Assembly (NCBI GenBank): GCA_017650325.1 | Contig: JAGCFC010000166.1 | Span: forward strand, 1,131 to 65,130 | Direction: 5' to 3' | Length of the DNA stretch: 64,000 nucleotides | From: Salinivirgaceae bacterium | GTDB lineage: Bacteria; Bacteroidota; Bacteroidia; Bacteroidales; SZUA-534 | In this document: positions 63,946-64,000 of the stretch, piece after piece | Layout of the letters: every line of letters begins with the position of its first letter | Position numbering within the stretch: the stretch's first letter is position 1 | The notes under the pieces: model-generated | Told to the model about the DNA's origin: nothing | What the model saw: only the letters and a program-made list of their open reading frames with translations | Database searches by the model: none | Made by a program: the position numbers and the translations under genes

Positions 63946-64000
63946 ATGGAAAAACAGAAGAGGTTCTTATTGAATGAGAACGAGATACCAACTCAATGGT
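63946..64000 (+). CDS. TrpB-like (TrpB2-type) pyridoxal-phosphate enzyme, N-terminal fragment only
   Basis: Open frame to the window end: MEKQKRFLLNENEIPTQW.. . The ..E(I)P..WYN start is what I remember for TrpB2-type tryptophan synthase beta-like proteins. Only 18 codons are visible. Confidence 0.45.
   Translation, partial: MEKQKRFLLNENEIPTQW

Noticed and set aside
1-64000. Search for CRISPR arrays, tRNA/rRNA genes, IS elements, integrases, phage genes, toxin-antitoxin modules or known defence-system genes
   Set aside because: I recognised none on either strand. Apart from the features reported, the window looks like ordinary chromosomal backbone rather than a mobile or defence island.

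Overview
This window reads as a chromosomal segment of a Bacteroidota (Bacteroidales-type) genome. The evidence is four SusC/SusD-type gene pairs or members, a hybrid two-component regulator, type IX secretion (T9SS) C-terminal sorting tails, and repeated TAnnTTTG -7 promoter boxes. I call about 47 protein-coding genes. I recognised no rRNA, tRNA, CRISPR array, transposase or integrase. From left to right the window contains: (1) a likely 4-gene operon of a PASTA protein, a T9SS cargo protein, RluD and a U32 peptidase-family protein, the last running off the left edge and absent from the ORF track; (2) an operon of a pentapeptide-repeat protein, a papain-like lipoprotein and a Ser/Thr-rich mini-lipoprotein; (3) three tandem paralogous giant genes (9.8-20.1 kb) with lamin-tail, CotH and second lamin-tail modules plus a T9SS tail; (4) a translationally coupled NfeD and CPBP protease pair; (5) a polysaccharide-utilisation locus (22.5-45.1 kb) built around one hybrid two-component regulator, with a divergent SusC/SusD pair on one side, SusC-SusD-SusC-SusD-surface lipoprotein on the other, and no glycoside hydrolase in cis; (6) housekeeping genes (ung, maf, rnhB, an M16 peptidase, yebC, a UbiA prenyltransferase, kdsC, recR, a sodium:solute symporter, an ECF sigma factor). 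The main non-track observations are a 19-codon leader ORF with three consecutive Trp codons plus alternative hairpins upstream of a TrpB-like gene (63.76-63.89 kb), and clusters of four-copy heptanucleotide arrays in two intergenic regions (45.87 kb and 55.3-55.6 kb). All calls come from reading the sequence and translations by eye. No database search was run.
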